From positions 1 through 52,713 of the IMG/VR virus record IMGVR_UViG_3300037882_001471: a DNA stretch of 52,713 nt; one strand, written 5' to 3'. The DNA comes from a virus. Lineage: Duplodnaviria; Caudoviricetes. The notes beneath the pieces are model-generated. The model ran no database searches. It worked only from the letters and a program-made list of their open reading frames with translations, and had not been told where the DNA came from. The number at the start of each line of letters is the position of its first letter. Within the stretch, counting starts at the first letter, position 1. The translations under genes were made by a program, and so were the position numbers. Shown here one piece after another: positions 9,421 through 17,693 of the stretch.

Positions 9421-9693
9421 TTGATGAAAAAAATCCTCATCAAAAAAGCGAAACAGAATTGCATCGTTGTTTTTGAGACAGCAACGGGCCGTGCTGCGAT
9501 CATTGCTTCCGATGTCGGCAATGTGCGTGATCCTGCATGGCGACCGATCGGCCATATTTGCGTTGCTGTTCCACCAGCGATTTACAATGAAAGCATTAAA
9601 GATGGTCATGATCCGCACAAGCTGGTGATCGATTATGCGCGCCTGAGATTCGAATCGCATCTCGCTAAAATGTTTGGGAGCATCGCAGCATGA
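9421..9693 (+). CDS. hypothetical protein
   Basis: RBS GAGG; ATGA-coupled to next gene. Confidence 0.55.
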   Translation: MMKKILIKKAKQNCIVVFETATGRAAIIASDVGNVRDPAWRPIGHICVAVPPAIYNESIKDGHDPHKLVIDYARLRFESHLAKMFGSIAA

Positions 9694-12380
9694 CCCAAAT
9701 TTTCATTTTAGCCGGAACGACTTCATGGACGGTTCCTGATGATTTCGACGTAGCCGCAAATACCATCGAAGGCATCGGCCCTGGCGGTCACGGCTTCCAA
9801 ACTGTCAGCACGGGTGCATCGGGCGGCTCCGGTGGTGGTGGCGCTTATGCAAAAATCACCAACTGGTCAGGATCAGGATCGGTCACAACACAGGTCGGTG
9901 CGGGAGGCAGTGAAACCGATACGATGTTCGTGGATGGCAGCACGCTCGTTGCAGATGCGGGCAAAAATGGCGCGTCCACCACCGCAGGTGCAGCAGGTTT
10001 AGCATCCGGTTCTGTCGGCAGCACAAAATATGATGGCGGCGCTGGCAAGCGTTCATCGATTGCCGGTTCCGGTGGCGGTGGCGCGGCTGGCCCGAACGGT
10101 GCAGGTAAAGATGGCGGTGTCGGCGCTGCTGGCAGCACCAGCACGTCAGGCGGTGGTGGCGGCGGCGGCTCCGATGGTGGATCATCGACAGCAGGTGCTA
10201 ACGCCTCCGGCAGCACGCGCGGCGCTGGTGGTCATGGCAATGACGGCACGGGCGGCGGCACTACAAACGGTCAAGCTGGTACGGCAAATAAAGGCGCAGG
10301 TGGCGCTGGTTCCGATACTGGCGGCTTCAGTGCATCTGCGACTGCCGGTGCAGGCTCGTCCAGTCAAGTATTCGATGCCACGCATGGCTGCGGTGGCGGT
10401 GGCGGTGGTTCTGGCGCATCGGGCGGTTCCGGTACGGGTGGCGGTGGTAACGGCGCGAATTATGGCGGCGGTGGCGGTTCTGTCGGTCAATCTGCTGGTG
10501 CATCACCTGGTACGCGCGGCACGGGCGGCGCTGGTATTCTCGTCATCACCTACACTCCGCTTGGTGATGCCACTACGTTCGCGTTCAGCGGTGATAATGC
10601 AAGCCATGTCGGTGAATGGTCTGACAATATTACACTCAGCCCCACTGCTGGCCTCTGGCCTGTAGGTGTCACCATCACACTTAGCGATGGCGGCGCGGGC
10701 GGCACATTTTATCCTGCTACACTTAATCCTACCGCTGGTGTTACTGCACCTGTAAGTTTCCGCTATCGCCCCGCAACTGCTGCGTCGATCAGCATTGATG
10801 CTGACAGCGGCGGTGAGATGACCGATCCCAGCGTTCATTCGTTCACAGCGAGTGCTGCTGAAGAATGCGCCTATTACCCACAGATTCCTGGCTATATCGA
10901 TTTCGAGTTGCAGGATTATACAGAACTCGGCGCAACTGCTGTCGATTTTGAATTTTGCCAAGATAATAATGAACTGGCGGTCGGCGCATCTTCCGGTACT
11001 TGCACGGTCACGGGTGTTAGCAGAGCGGAGAAGCGTTCAGTTGGTTCCGCTACCGGAACAACTCCTACAGCTTCAGCATTCGGCGTAACTGCAAAACGTG
11101 CAGTCGGTTCTTCCACAGGCACGAGCACGGCGGCGGCGGTCGGCGCTCCTAAATTCCGTGCTGTCGCATCATCGACCGGCACGAGCACGGTCACGGCGAC
11201 GAGCAATGCCTTAAAAGCCTCGCCTGGTTCAGCAAATGGCGCGTCCAGTGTTTCAGGTGTCGGTTCGGCAGATACGGAAGGGATCGGCTCTGCCGCAGGC
11301 ACGACTACGGCTAATGCCGTCAGCGCTGCCACCAAGACCGCAGCAGGATCATCCTCTGGTGCTGCAACCTGTTCCGGTGTTGGTACAGCGGCAATCCGTG
11401 CTGCGGGTTCTTCGACTGGCACGAGCACGGCTACTGGTGCTGGCGCAAGTGCAAGCACAGGTGCAGGTTCTTCCTCCGGCACATCTACAGTTTCAGCGAC
11501 AAGCAATGCGACCAAACGATCGGCAGGTTCCGCCGCTGGTCTAGGCACGCCTGCTGCTGTCAGCAACGCGACAAAGGCATCGGCTGGCGCATCCTCCGGT
11601 CTTGCGACCTGCACGGGTGTCAGCCGTGCTGAAAAGCGGTCTGCTGGTAGTGCAGCGGGTACAAGCACGGCTACGGCGGCTGGCGCATCGGAAGGTGATA
11701 GTGCCGGCAGCGCAGCGGGTGTTGCAACGGTCAATGGTGTTTCGGCAGCGCAGAAGCGCGCGGCGGGCGCATCCACCGGCACATCGACGTGTAATGGTAC
11801 AGGAAGATCGGAATTCCGCGCTGTCGGCTCATCAATTGGCACAAGCACGGCAGCGGCGACAGGTGAATCTGAAGCGCGCGGAGCAGGATCGTCCTCTGGC
11901 GCGGCTTCGTGCAATGCCACCAGTAATGCTCTTAAAACCGCCTCCGGCAGCGCGGCGGGTGTTGCAACTTGCTCCGGTGTCATCACTGGTCAGATTCCTG
12001 CTGTTGGCGCGGCGGCAGGCTCAAGCACTGCTACGGGTGATGGTACTGCACAAAAACGCTCGGTAGGTAATGCCGCCGGCACGAGCACGGCTGATGCGCC
12101 GTCACAATATGGCGTACCAGGCAGCGCCGCAGGTACGAGCACGGTCACGGGTGTAGGTGTTGCGGAATTCCGCGCGGCTGGCTTTGCGGCTGGCTCTAGC
12201 AGCGCCGATGGTGTTGGCAGTTTCGTTGCATCTTCACCTGAACGGCTGGTGATCACCGTCGAATTGAGCTTGCTAAGTGAGCGCACTGAAGTTACTATAA
12301 TAGAAGAATATATTGAGGCCAGCATTGTCGATAACGACATTACCGTGGAATTAACTCTGCTTGGGGATGATGAACCATGA
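9690..12380 (+). CDS. glycine-rich fibre protein with ~21 tandem 20-aa repeats
   Basis: N-terminal Gly-rich domain (SWTVP...GGGGAY...GGAGILVITY), then xGS(A/S)xGxxTxxxxG/S repeats at 10980-12236, acidic C-terminus. Confidence 0.75.
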   Translation: MTQIFILAGTTSWTVPDDFDVAANTIEGIGPGGHGFQTVSTGASGGSGGGGAYAKITNWSGSGSVTTQVGAGGSETDTMFVDGSTLVADAGKNGASTTAGAAGLASGSVGSTKYDGGAGKRSSIAGSGGGGAAGPNGAGKDGGVGAAGSTSTSGGGGGGGSDGGSSTAGANASGSTRGAGGHGNDGTGGGTTNGQAGTANKGAGGAGSDTGGFSASATAGAGSSSQVFDATHGCGGGGGGSGASGGSGTGGGGNGANYGGGGGSVGQSAGASPGTRGTGGAGILVITYTPLGDATTFAFSGDNASHVGEWSDNITLSPTAGLWPVGVTITLSDGGAGGTFYPATLNPTAGVTAPVSFRYRPATAASISIDADSGGEMTDPSVHSFTASAAEECAYYPQIPGYIDFELQDYTELGATAVDFEFCQDNNELAVGASSGTCTVTGVSRAEKRSVGSATGTTPTASAFGVTAKRAVGSSTGTSTAAAVGAPKFRAVASSTGTSTVTATSNALKASPGSANGASSVSGVGSADTEGIGSAAGTTTANAVSAATKTAAGSSSGAATCSGVGTAAIRAAGSSTGTSTATGAGASASTGAGSSSGTSTVSATSNATKRSAGSAAGLGTPAAVSNATKASAGASSGLATCTGVSRAEKRSAGSAAGTSTATAAGASEGDSAGSAAGVATVNGVSAAQKRAAGASTGTSTCNGTGRSEFRAVGSSIGTSTAAATGESEARGAGSSSGAASCNATSNALKTASGSAAGVATCSGVITGQIPAVGAAAGSSTATGDGTAQKRSVGNAAGTSTADAPSQYGVPGSAAGTSTVTGVGVAEFRAAGFAAGSSSADGVGSFVASSPERLVITVELSLLSERTEVTIIEEYIEASIVDNDITVELTLLGDDEP

Positions 12381-12715
12381 CCGTAGAAACTGAATTTTTC
12401 AAAGGTGATTCAAGCGACATCTTTTCCGTGAAAGTGTACTCCAATGGCGTACAGGTAACGGGTGATGATCTCTCTGAAAATTACGAAGGTTCATTCAGTC
12501 TCGTGAAGAAGCTCGGCCTTGAGCCAGTGCTGACGAAAGACATGGTGATCGTAGAAGACAGTTTCCGTGCATCGGTCGTGCCTGATGAGAGCGAAGACCT
12601 CGCCACCGGCAACTATATCGCTGTTACCGAGATCACTAAAGTTGACGGCACTTACCGCAAGGAAAAGCATGTCAGCGTAGCCGTGCGCAAGCAGGGCGTG
12701 GTGGTCACTCCGTAA
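12377..12715 (+). CDS. putative BppU-like/Ig-fold virion attachment protein
   Basis: FKGDS N-terminus and DLATGNYIAVTEI motif typical of small phage Ig-like adaptor proteins; ATGA overlap. Confidence 0.5.
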   Translation: MTVETEFFKGDSSDIFSVKVYSNGVQVTGDDLSENYEGSFSLVKKLGLEPVLTKDMVIVEDSFRASVVPDESEDLATGNYIAVTEITKVDGTYRKEKHVSVAVRKQGVVVTP

Positions 12716-12980
12716 GTCTTTTCTCCATCTCTGCTCGATATACCGGCCCGTACACATCGCCCACAGCGCTAAGAATTCTCGCTCGCACAGTCTGATATTT
12801 GTGACCGTCTTTCAACGCCGCCCGAATATAATCCTGCCAATCTACGAGCACTCCGCGCTGTTGGAAAAATGATAAGATGATTTCCAGCGGCACGCCGTGA
12901 GTTCCGACGAGAGTGAAAACACCCGCCATCACTGGAATATCAGATTCGGTTTTGCCGACAACGGTTAGAATTTTCTTCAT
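12705..12980 (-). CDS. alanyl-tRNA synthetase helical-domain-like small protein
   Basis: GVFTLVGTHGVPLEIILSFFQQRGVLVDWQDY resembles AlaRS AFxLYDTYGFPxDLT...GxxVD. Confidence 0.55.
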   Translation of the reverse strand: MKKILTVVGKTESDIPVMAGVFTLVGTHGVPLEIILSFFQQRGVLVDWQDYIRAALKDGHKYQTVRARILSAVGDVYGPVYRAEMEKRLTE

Positions 12981-13228
12981 GACGTGAAATCTGCACGCCA
13001 TTTTTTAATATTCTTTTCTACCGCATCTTTAGAATCGCCTAGAAAACAGGCTAAGGGTATAAATTCACCGGGTGGATAAATTGTAAAACCATCAGCGAGT
13101 GCATTTAATTCATCGTTGGTGTACCACTTACCGTGCTCAAGTTTTTCCGCAGCTTTATGACCTAGCACGAAGCGCGCGTTATATTCTACGCAGCCGCGCG
13201 GTGATACCAGACCTATCCATCTGCTCAT
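12977..13228 (-). CDS. hypothetical protein
   Basis: ATGA-coupled. Confidence 0.6.
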   Translation of the reverse strand: MSRWIGLVSPRGCVEYNARFVLGHKAAEKLEHGKWYTNDELNALADGFTIYPPGEFIPLACFLGDSKDAVEKNIKKWRADFTS

Positions 13229-13494
13229 ATCGTTTGATCTTTATCCAGCATCGTATAGATGCGCCCGCTTGACATGCGAAGAATATTTGGGCGAGTGGGA
13301 AAATGCTTATCGAGCAGTTCGATAAAGAGCGGCATCGCCTGTTGCAGCGTCAAATCCTGCTTCCCTTCGATCGTGCCGAAGATGAAGGATTCTTTGCCCG
13401 GAAATTGCACGCGGCCAATCCAGTATCGGCGGCAAACCTCGCCGCTTTCTAATTTGTCCGGGCGTGCGTCGGTCATTCCTGCTGATACGATCAT
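13225..13494 (-). CDS. hypothetical protein
   Basis: ATGA-coupled. Confidence 0.6.
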   Translation of the reverse strand: MIVSAGMTDARPDKLESGEVCRRYWIGRVQFPGKESFIFGTIEGKQDLTLQQAMPLFIELLDKHFPTRPNILRMSSGRIYTMLDKDQTI

Positions 13495-14174
13495 ATTTCC
13501 AGCCTCATAATTACAGGTGTGATCGGCGCATCATTTTTGGTGAACGGGTCTTTAAAGAAAAGTTTGATCGGAGGAAAGCACGGGATATAACCGTCAACAG
13601 GTGCGCCGCGTTTCGGGCTGCTGCTGATACCGATGAAGTTTACCGTTCCGCCACCGTTTTTGCATTCGGCAAAATTGGTGTGATTTGGCGGATCGTACAG
13701 CATCCGTTCATATCCTTCATAGTTGACCTCACTTTCGATGTGAATATCACCGAAAAGACCGAGATATTTTGGCTCAGATTCATTTACACTATTGCCCGTG
13801 CAAATCAAAGGATGGCCGGTGATTTTTTCGTACAGTTTTTCACCTTCACAAATTAGTTTCATTGCTTCTTCTTTATGGTTTTTCATATATAAATCTTGAT
13901 CGTCAGTGAGTTTTATCAAACACAGAAGCATCTGACCGATCATTGAGCCGATTTCTTTCTCCGGTTCCTCGCTCATAATTTCGTAGCCGCCTTCACCTAC
14001 CGCCCAAATCTGGTAGGGAAAGTGATCACCAGGATAGCGATAATCACGGAGCATGGCGACCTTATCACCTACGCCGCCGAAGCGATCGACAATGAACGTC
14101 ATGCCCACTTTGCCTTCGAGCACGCGAGCTAAACCTTTTTCCGTAAGCCGTGCGACAATCATGGCTTTACACAC
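13491..14174 (-). CDS. hypothetical protein
   Basis: 227 aa ORF in leftward operon. Confidence 0.6.
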   Translation of the reverse strand: MCKAMIVARLTEKGLARVLEGKVGMTFIVDRFGGVGDKVAMLRDYRYPGDHFPYQIWAVGEGGYEIMSEEPEKEIGSMIGQMLLCLIKLTDDQDLYMKNHKEEAMKLICEGEKLYEKITGHPLICTGNSVNESEPKYLGLFGDIHIESEVNYEGYERMLYDPPNHTNFAECKNGGGTVNFIGISSSPKRGAPVDGYIPCFPPIKLFFKDPFTKNDAPITPVIMRLEI

Positions 14175-14419
14175 TTGAAAACGATGACAGGATATTGCGT
14201 GTCTGACATGACGCTCTCTTGGGTTGTAGTGGTGATGACTTCCAGTTTCTTACCTTCATTGTCACATGCACGCGCTGCCGCCGTTGCGACATCACCGCCC
14301 ATAAGTTGAAAGCCTTTGATCGTGCGAATATCACTGTTCGGGCCTGGTGCTTGCGCTACGCGCTGGCCGCAGGCCGTTAGTGTGATGGTACAGCAGAGAA
14401 TTGCGAGAATGGTTTTCAT
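14159..14419 (-). CDS. putative lipoprotein
   Basis: MKTILAILCCTITLTAC: lipoprotein signal peptide with LTAC lipobox. Confidence 0.7.
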   Translation of the reverse strand: MKTILAILCCTITLTACGQRVAQAPGPNSDIRTIKGFQLMGGDVATAAARACDNEGKKLEVITTTTQESVMSDTQYPVIVFKCVKP

Positions 14420-14462
14420 GGTTTATTTTCCTTTCGTGGTTGGTGTGAGTGTGATGGTAGAG

Positions 14463-14975
14463 CTATTGTTTCTGGTATAGCCCTTTGCGCACCCTGACCA
14501 TTCTGTTCTTCACGGTCAGTTGAGCGAGGGCATTATTTACCGCTCCTTCTGATACATCATGCCCTTTTTCTTTCAGTTCTTCCCATAGCTGGAACACTGC
14601 ACGGCTTTTACCATCGCTCATGCATTCTTCCACTATGTGAGTCACCGAGGCGCGCTGTATTGTAATTTTTTTGCTGCCGCCTTCCTTGAGAATGGACAGA
14701 ATTTCGTCCAGCTTCGCCATGATTGCGCTGTTGCTGATCGATTCCGATGGTGGAGTAACGGATAGGGGGGGGGGGGTTTCTACTGCCGATGGCGCTTCAC
14801 CGTTGACTAGGCTGTATTTACCCCGGCTGATCTTCTTCACCACGTTTTTGTTGGCGAGTGCGATCAGCCCTTGCTTGACAGCGCTGTAAGTTTTTTCCGA
14901 GAGAGTTTCCAAATCAGGAATGGAATATATTTTTCCATCCTGCATGATTTCCCTGAGTTTATCTTGTGTGGACAT
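14463..14975 (-). CDS. tandem winged-HTH DNA-binding protein with poly-C linker tract
   Basis: Two similar units (AVKQGLIALANKNVVKKISRGKYSL / AVNNALAQLTVKNRMVRVRKGLYQ); G12 run at 14765-14776. Confidence 0.7.
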   Translation of the reverse strand: MSTQDKLREIMQDGKIYSIPDLETLSEKTYSAVKQGLIALANKNVVKKISRGKYSLVNGEAPSAVETPPPLSVTPPSESISNSAIMAKLDEILSILKEGGSKKITIQRASVTHIVEECMSDGKSRAVFQLWEELKEKGHDVSEGAVNNALAQLTVKNRMVRVRKGLYQKQ

Positions 14976-15017
14976 TTCGATTTGCTCCTTATTGGTGTTA
15001 GTGTGATGGTACAGCTA

Positions 15018-15389
15018 TCAGGCAATCATCTTGTCGAAAATATCGACAGACTTTTCCATGATGTCGTTCACGGCGGTCACATACTGTTTCCGCGTGATTT
15101 GTTCCCCTAGATGATGGGGATAGGTGTGATATTTTGAATTGATCTCAATCACACCGTTCTTATCGCGCTGCACACGCAGGCAAACCACCATGCCCATCGA
15201 GTCCACGCGCAGCACGCGGAAATAGATGTACCAGTAGTCTTTCGCCGTTTTCGGCAGGCTGTAGTTGTTACGATAACGGAAATACTTGCCGACGAATTTT
15301 TTAGCTTCCGCCTGCTTTTCTTTATTTCGTGCTTCATAAAGCGCGCTGTTTATCTTTCGCGCCTCTGCTTCGAGTTTCTTGAGTGACAT
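15018..15389 (-). CDS. hypothetical protein
   Basis: AAGGAGCAA RBS; flanked by 15-bp repeats. Confidence 0.7.
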   Translation of the reverse strand: MSLKKLEAEARKINSALYEARNKEKQAEAKKFVGKYFRYRNNYSLPKTAKDYWYIYFRVLRVDSMGMVVCLRVQRDKNGVIEINSKYHTYPHHLGEQITRKQYVTAVNDIMEKSVDIFDKMIA

Positions 15390-15427
15390 AGGTTGCTCCT
15401 TTTGCCGGTGTAGGTGTGATGGTACAG

Positions 15428-15766
15428 CTAGATTTCCTTCGTCCAGCCTTGGTAGCTGTGCAGGGAAACCAGTTCACCCTCCTTGCCGTTCTTCAGCAGA
15501 TTGATGCCTTTTGCATCATAGCTCTGATTGTAGGATGAATAGACTTCCACCACGCGCACGCGCCGCACCCGGCCAATGCGTCTATCTGGCGCGCTCACGA
15601 GAATGTCACCAGGTGCGAAGCCTGCATAGATAGGGCCAAGCTCACGCCGGATAGCGCGCTCATCTTCCATCAGCGGCGCTAATTCCTGCCGGTGGCGATC
15701 CTTCATTGCGCTAAGTTCCGCGCGTTTCGTCTTCAGTTTTTCTTCCAGTTCAGTTGCAGTGCTCAT
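15428..15766 (-). CDS. hypothetical protein (coiled coil + small beta domain)
   Basis: AAGGAGCAA RBS; flanked by 15-bp repeats. Confidence 0.7.
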   Translation of the reverse strand: MSTATELEEKLKTKRAELSAMKDRHRQELAPLMEDERAIRRELGPIYAGFAPGDILVSAPDRRIGRVRRVRVVEVYSSYNQSYDAKGINLLKNGKEGELVSLHSYQGWTKEI

Positions 15767-15975
15767 TTTATTTTGCTCCTTTGGTTGGTCGTGAGTGTGA
15801 TGGTACAGCAGTGCCGGCGGTGTAGGTGTAATAGTACAGCGGGTGTGAGTGTGATGGTACAGCGGGGAATCGCTTTTCAGCCCGCCCCGAAAACGCGCTT
15901 TTCGTAACCCATTGATTTATCAGGGGTAAAAACTGACCCCCTTTTAATCGCCCGGAAACGGCCTTTTTAAGCGTG

Positions 15976-16188
15976 TTACCTTCCCCGGCTCTTACCCCCT
16001 TCCGTTACCCGGTTTTGCTCGCGTGCGGCGAAGAAAACAACCCCGCTTTCTTTTCCAGCGGTATAGCCTGCCTGGTATTTCTCGCGCTCAAAATGCCCCG
16101 CGAATTCGTTTTTAGGCTCGCGGCCCATGATAGCGTCACAATACCCGGCTTTTCCTGCCGCGCCTTTTATCTCATGCCTTTCTGTCAC
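15976..16188 (-). CDS. small protein, possibly Rmf-like
   Basis: GKAGYCDAIMG...NEF...YQAGYTAG pattern. Confidence 0.45.
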   Translation of the reverse strand: MTERHEIKGAAGKAGYCDAIMGREPKNEFAGHFEREKYQAGYTAGKESGVVFFAAREQNRVTEGGKSRGR

Positions 16189-16403
16189 AGTTCCCCCCCG
16201 TCACGATATGCGGCCCCTAAAACTATGGGCCTGGTTTCAATCGCTTCAGCATAATCACGCATGAAGTTTTCCACCTGCCAGCCGGATTGCTGGCAATGCT
16301 TTTTTATCCCCTCGCGCATAGCGTCAAGCGCCACCGTGCGAGTTGCGCCGAAAGACTGGAAAGAATAATGCCGGGTTTCCAGCGTTGACTGATAAATGAT
16401 CAT
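16185..16403 (-). CDS. hypothetical early protein
   Basis: AAAGGGG RBS, overlap with next gene. Confidence 0.6.
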   Translation of the reverse strand: MIIYQSTLETRHYSFQSFGATRTVALDAMREGIKKHCQQSGWQVENFMRDYAEAIETRPIVLGAAYRDGGEL

Positions 16404-16418
16404 AATGTTACCCCTTTA

Positions 16419-16483
16419 AACAGCGTCATAAGTGGACGGGTTGAAACGATGCAAGAAACAACCCGCCCGCTTATAATGCCGCT
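16419..16483 (-). ncRNA. candidate regulatory hairpin RNA (25-bp stem, 15-nt loop)
   Basis: 16419-16443 pairs with 16459-16483 (2 mismatches, 4 GU on minus strand); loop UUUCUUGCAUCGUUU. Confidence 0.55.
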
Positions 16484-16600
16484 CTAGCTTTCCGGCTTGC
16501 CTGCCTTTATCCAATCATCAAAAGACAACGGTATTTTATTAGCACGTTCGCGCGCCGTAAAATATGCGTCATATTCTTTTAGCAATGCATCATCTGGCAT
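16484..16600 (-). CDS. small hypothetical protein (38 aa, not in ORF track)
   Basis: MPDDALLKEYDAYFTARERANKIPLSFDDWIKAGKPES fills the gap exactly. Confidence 0.55.
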   Translation of the reverse strand: MPDDALLKEYDAYFTARERANKIPLSFDDWIKAGKPES

Positions 16601-16603
16601 AGT

Positions 16604-16831
16604 TCAAGCCTCTACTGATATAAATCCCGCCTTTTGTATTTCCCTAGCGCGTGCGATTGCCTCGCTAGGTTTGAGAAATAGCGGCTCGCTTTCCCAAAAT
16701 AACAGTTTTCTACCTTCACGAATTGCCGCGCCGTAATAGCGTTTATAATATCGCTTATAGCTCGGACGTGCGGAGCGTATGCGCGCGTTTATATCCTGCG
16801 TTATTTTATCCGCTGCTTGTTTGGTTATCAT
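16604..16831 (-). CDS. hypothetical basic protein
   Basis: ATGA-coupled start at 16831. Confidence 0.55.
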   Translation of the reverse strand: MITKQAADKITQDINARIRSARPSYKRYYKRYYGAAIREGRKLLFWESEPLFLKPSEAIARAREIQKAGFISVEA

Positions 16832-17034
16832 GCCATACCAGCCTTTCCCGCGAATAATCCATTTTCCCATGCAATGTGCTGCAACGGATTGCGCCAGGTG
16901 AAAGGGTTATGCGCCCATTGCAGGCATTGCAGCGGCGCGCCTGTATGCGGGCAGAATCCACCAGTTAGCAAGGGACGCGGGCATTTACCAGCGCGCCAGC
17001 CCGCCCCGTAAGCAGTGCGATAAGCTCTAAGCAT
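16828..17034 (-). CDS. small protein, possibly Rmf-like
   Basis: AYRTAYGAGWRAG...NPF...AWENG resembles RMF AxxxGYxAG...CPY...WLGGW. Confidence 0.5.
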   Translation of the reverse strand: MLRAYRTAYGAGWRAGKCPRPLLTGGFCPHTGAPLQCLQWAHNPFTWRNPLQHIAWENGLFAGKAGMA

Positions 17035-17260
17035 AAAACTTTCCCGTTGCAAAATCGCGTTGATATATCCAGCCGCGAATTATTTGATTGCGCTGATATT
17101 GTCCCATTGCTTTCCACCTCTCAGGCGTGCGCAAGGTTTCCCATTTGCGCGCGTGAAGGATGCAGGATTGAATCCAGCGCAATCGTAAACTTGCATCATG
17201 CATAGCGAGCACTGCGCACGCCTGCTTATGCGTCATTGTTCCATATGTCCCGCTATGCAT
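17027..17260 (-). CDS. hypothetical protein
   Basis: Fills gap between neighbours with short overlaps; start uncertain. Confidence 0.45.
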   Translation of the reverse strand: MHSGTYGTMTHKQACAVLAMHDASLRLRWIQSCILHARKWETLRTPERWKAMGQYQRNQIIRGWIYQRDFATGKFYA

Positions 17261-17681
17261 GGATTTTCCCGTCATCACCGATATATAAATCTATATTATC
17301 GAATGCCGTGCGAAAGCCGCAAGCCTCTGTTAGTTTTTCGCCTGCCTCACCTAAACCCCTATCCCAAAATCCCGCGCCATGCCCGCAACGGGTAAGCCAA
17401 AAATCATGGCCCGCCTGCGAGGGGGTATAATCCTGCAATCCCTCGCGCGTTTTGTGTTGCATGGAATATGCAGTTTTAAGCAGTGCGGAATATTGCACCT
17501 GGAATTTCTGACAATCTGCAATCATCTTACCTAGCGTTTCCGGCGCAATGTCTTCTATGCAGTGATTGTCATCTAGGTTTACGTCTTCACCGTTCACCGT
17601 ATCAGTTGATGACCATAGCGCGCATTCCATATAAGCGCGCGTGAATTCGTCCACCTTGTAAGGATCAATAATATTTTGCAT
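17253..17681 (-). CDS. conserved phage early protein of unknown function
   Basis: FTRAYMECALWSS and AGHDFWLTRCGHGAGFWDR motifs recurrent in phage early regions. Confidence 0.7.
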   Translation of the reverse strand: MQNIIDPYKVDEFTRAYMECALWSSTDTVNGEDVNLDDNHCIEDIAPETLGKMIADCQKFQVQYSALLKTAYSMQHKTREGLQDYTPSQAGHDFWLTRCGHGAGFWDRGLGEAGEKLTEACGFRTAFDNIDLYIGDDGKIHA

Positions 17682-17693
17682 CGTTTTAGCTCC

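Larger units (their letters stand above)
14380..15863. repeat. dispersed 15-bp repeat GTGTGATGGTACAGC (7 copies)
   Basis: Exact at 14380, 15001, 15414, 15795, 15849; 1 mismatch at 14449; 2 mismatches at 15826; mostly preceded by GGTGTnr. Confidence 0.9.

Noticed and set aside
10916-11986. 356-aa minus-strand Ala/Pro/Val repeat ORF
   Set aside because: Mirror of the Gly/Ala/Ser repeat fibre gene on the plus strand
14380-15863. CRISPR array interpretation of the 15-bp repeats
   Set aside because: Spacing is irregular (23 to over 500 bp), whole genes lie between copies, and no cas genes are present
15905-15918. TAACCCATTGATTT resembling tyrosine-recombinase-associated sites
   Set aside because: Single copy, no partner site and no integrase in the window
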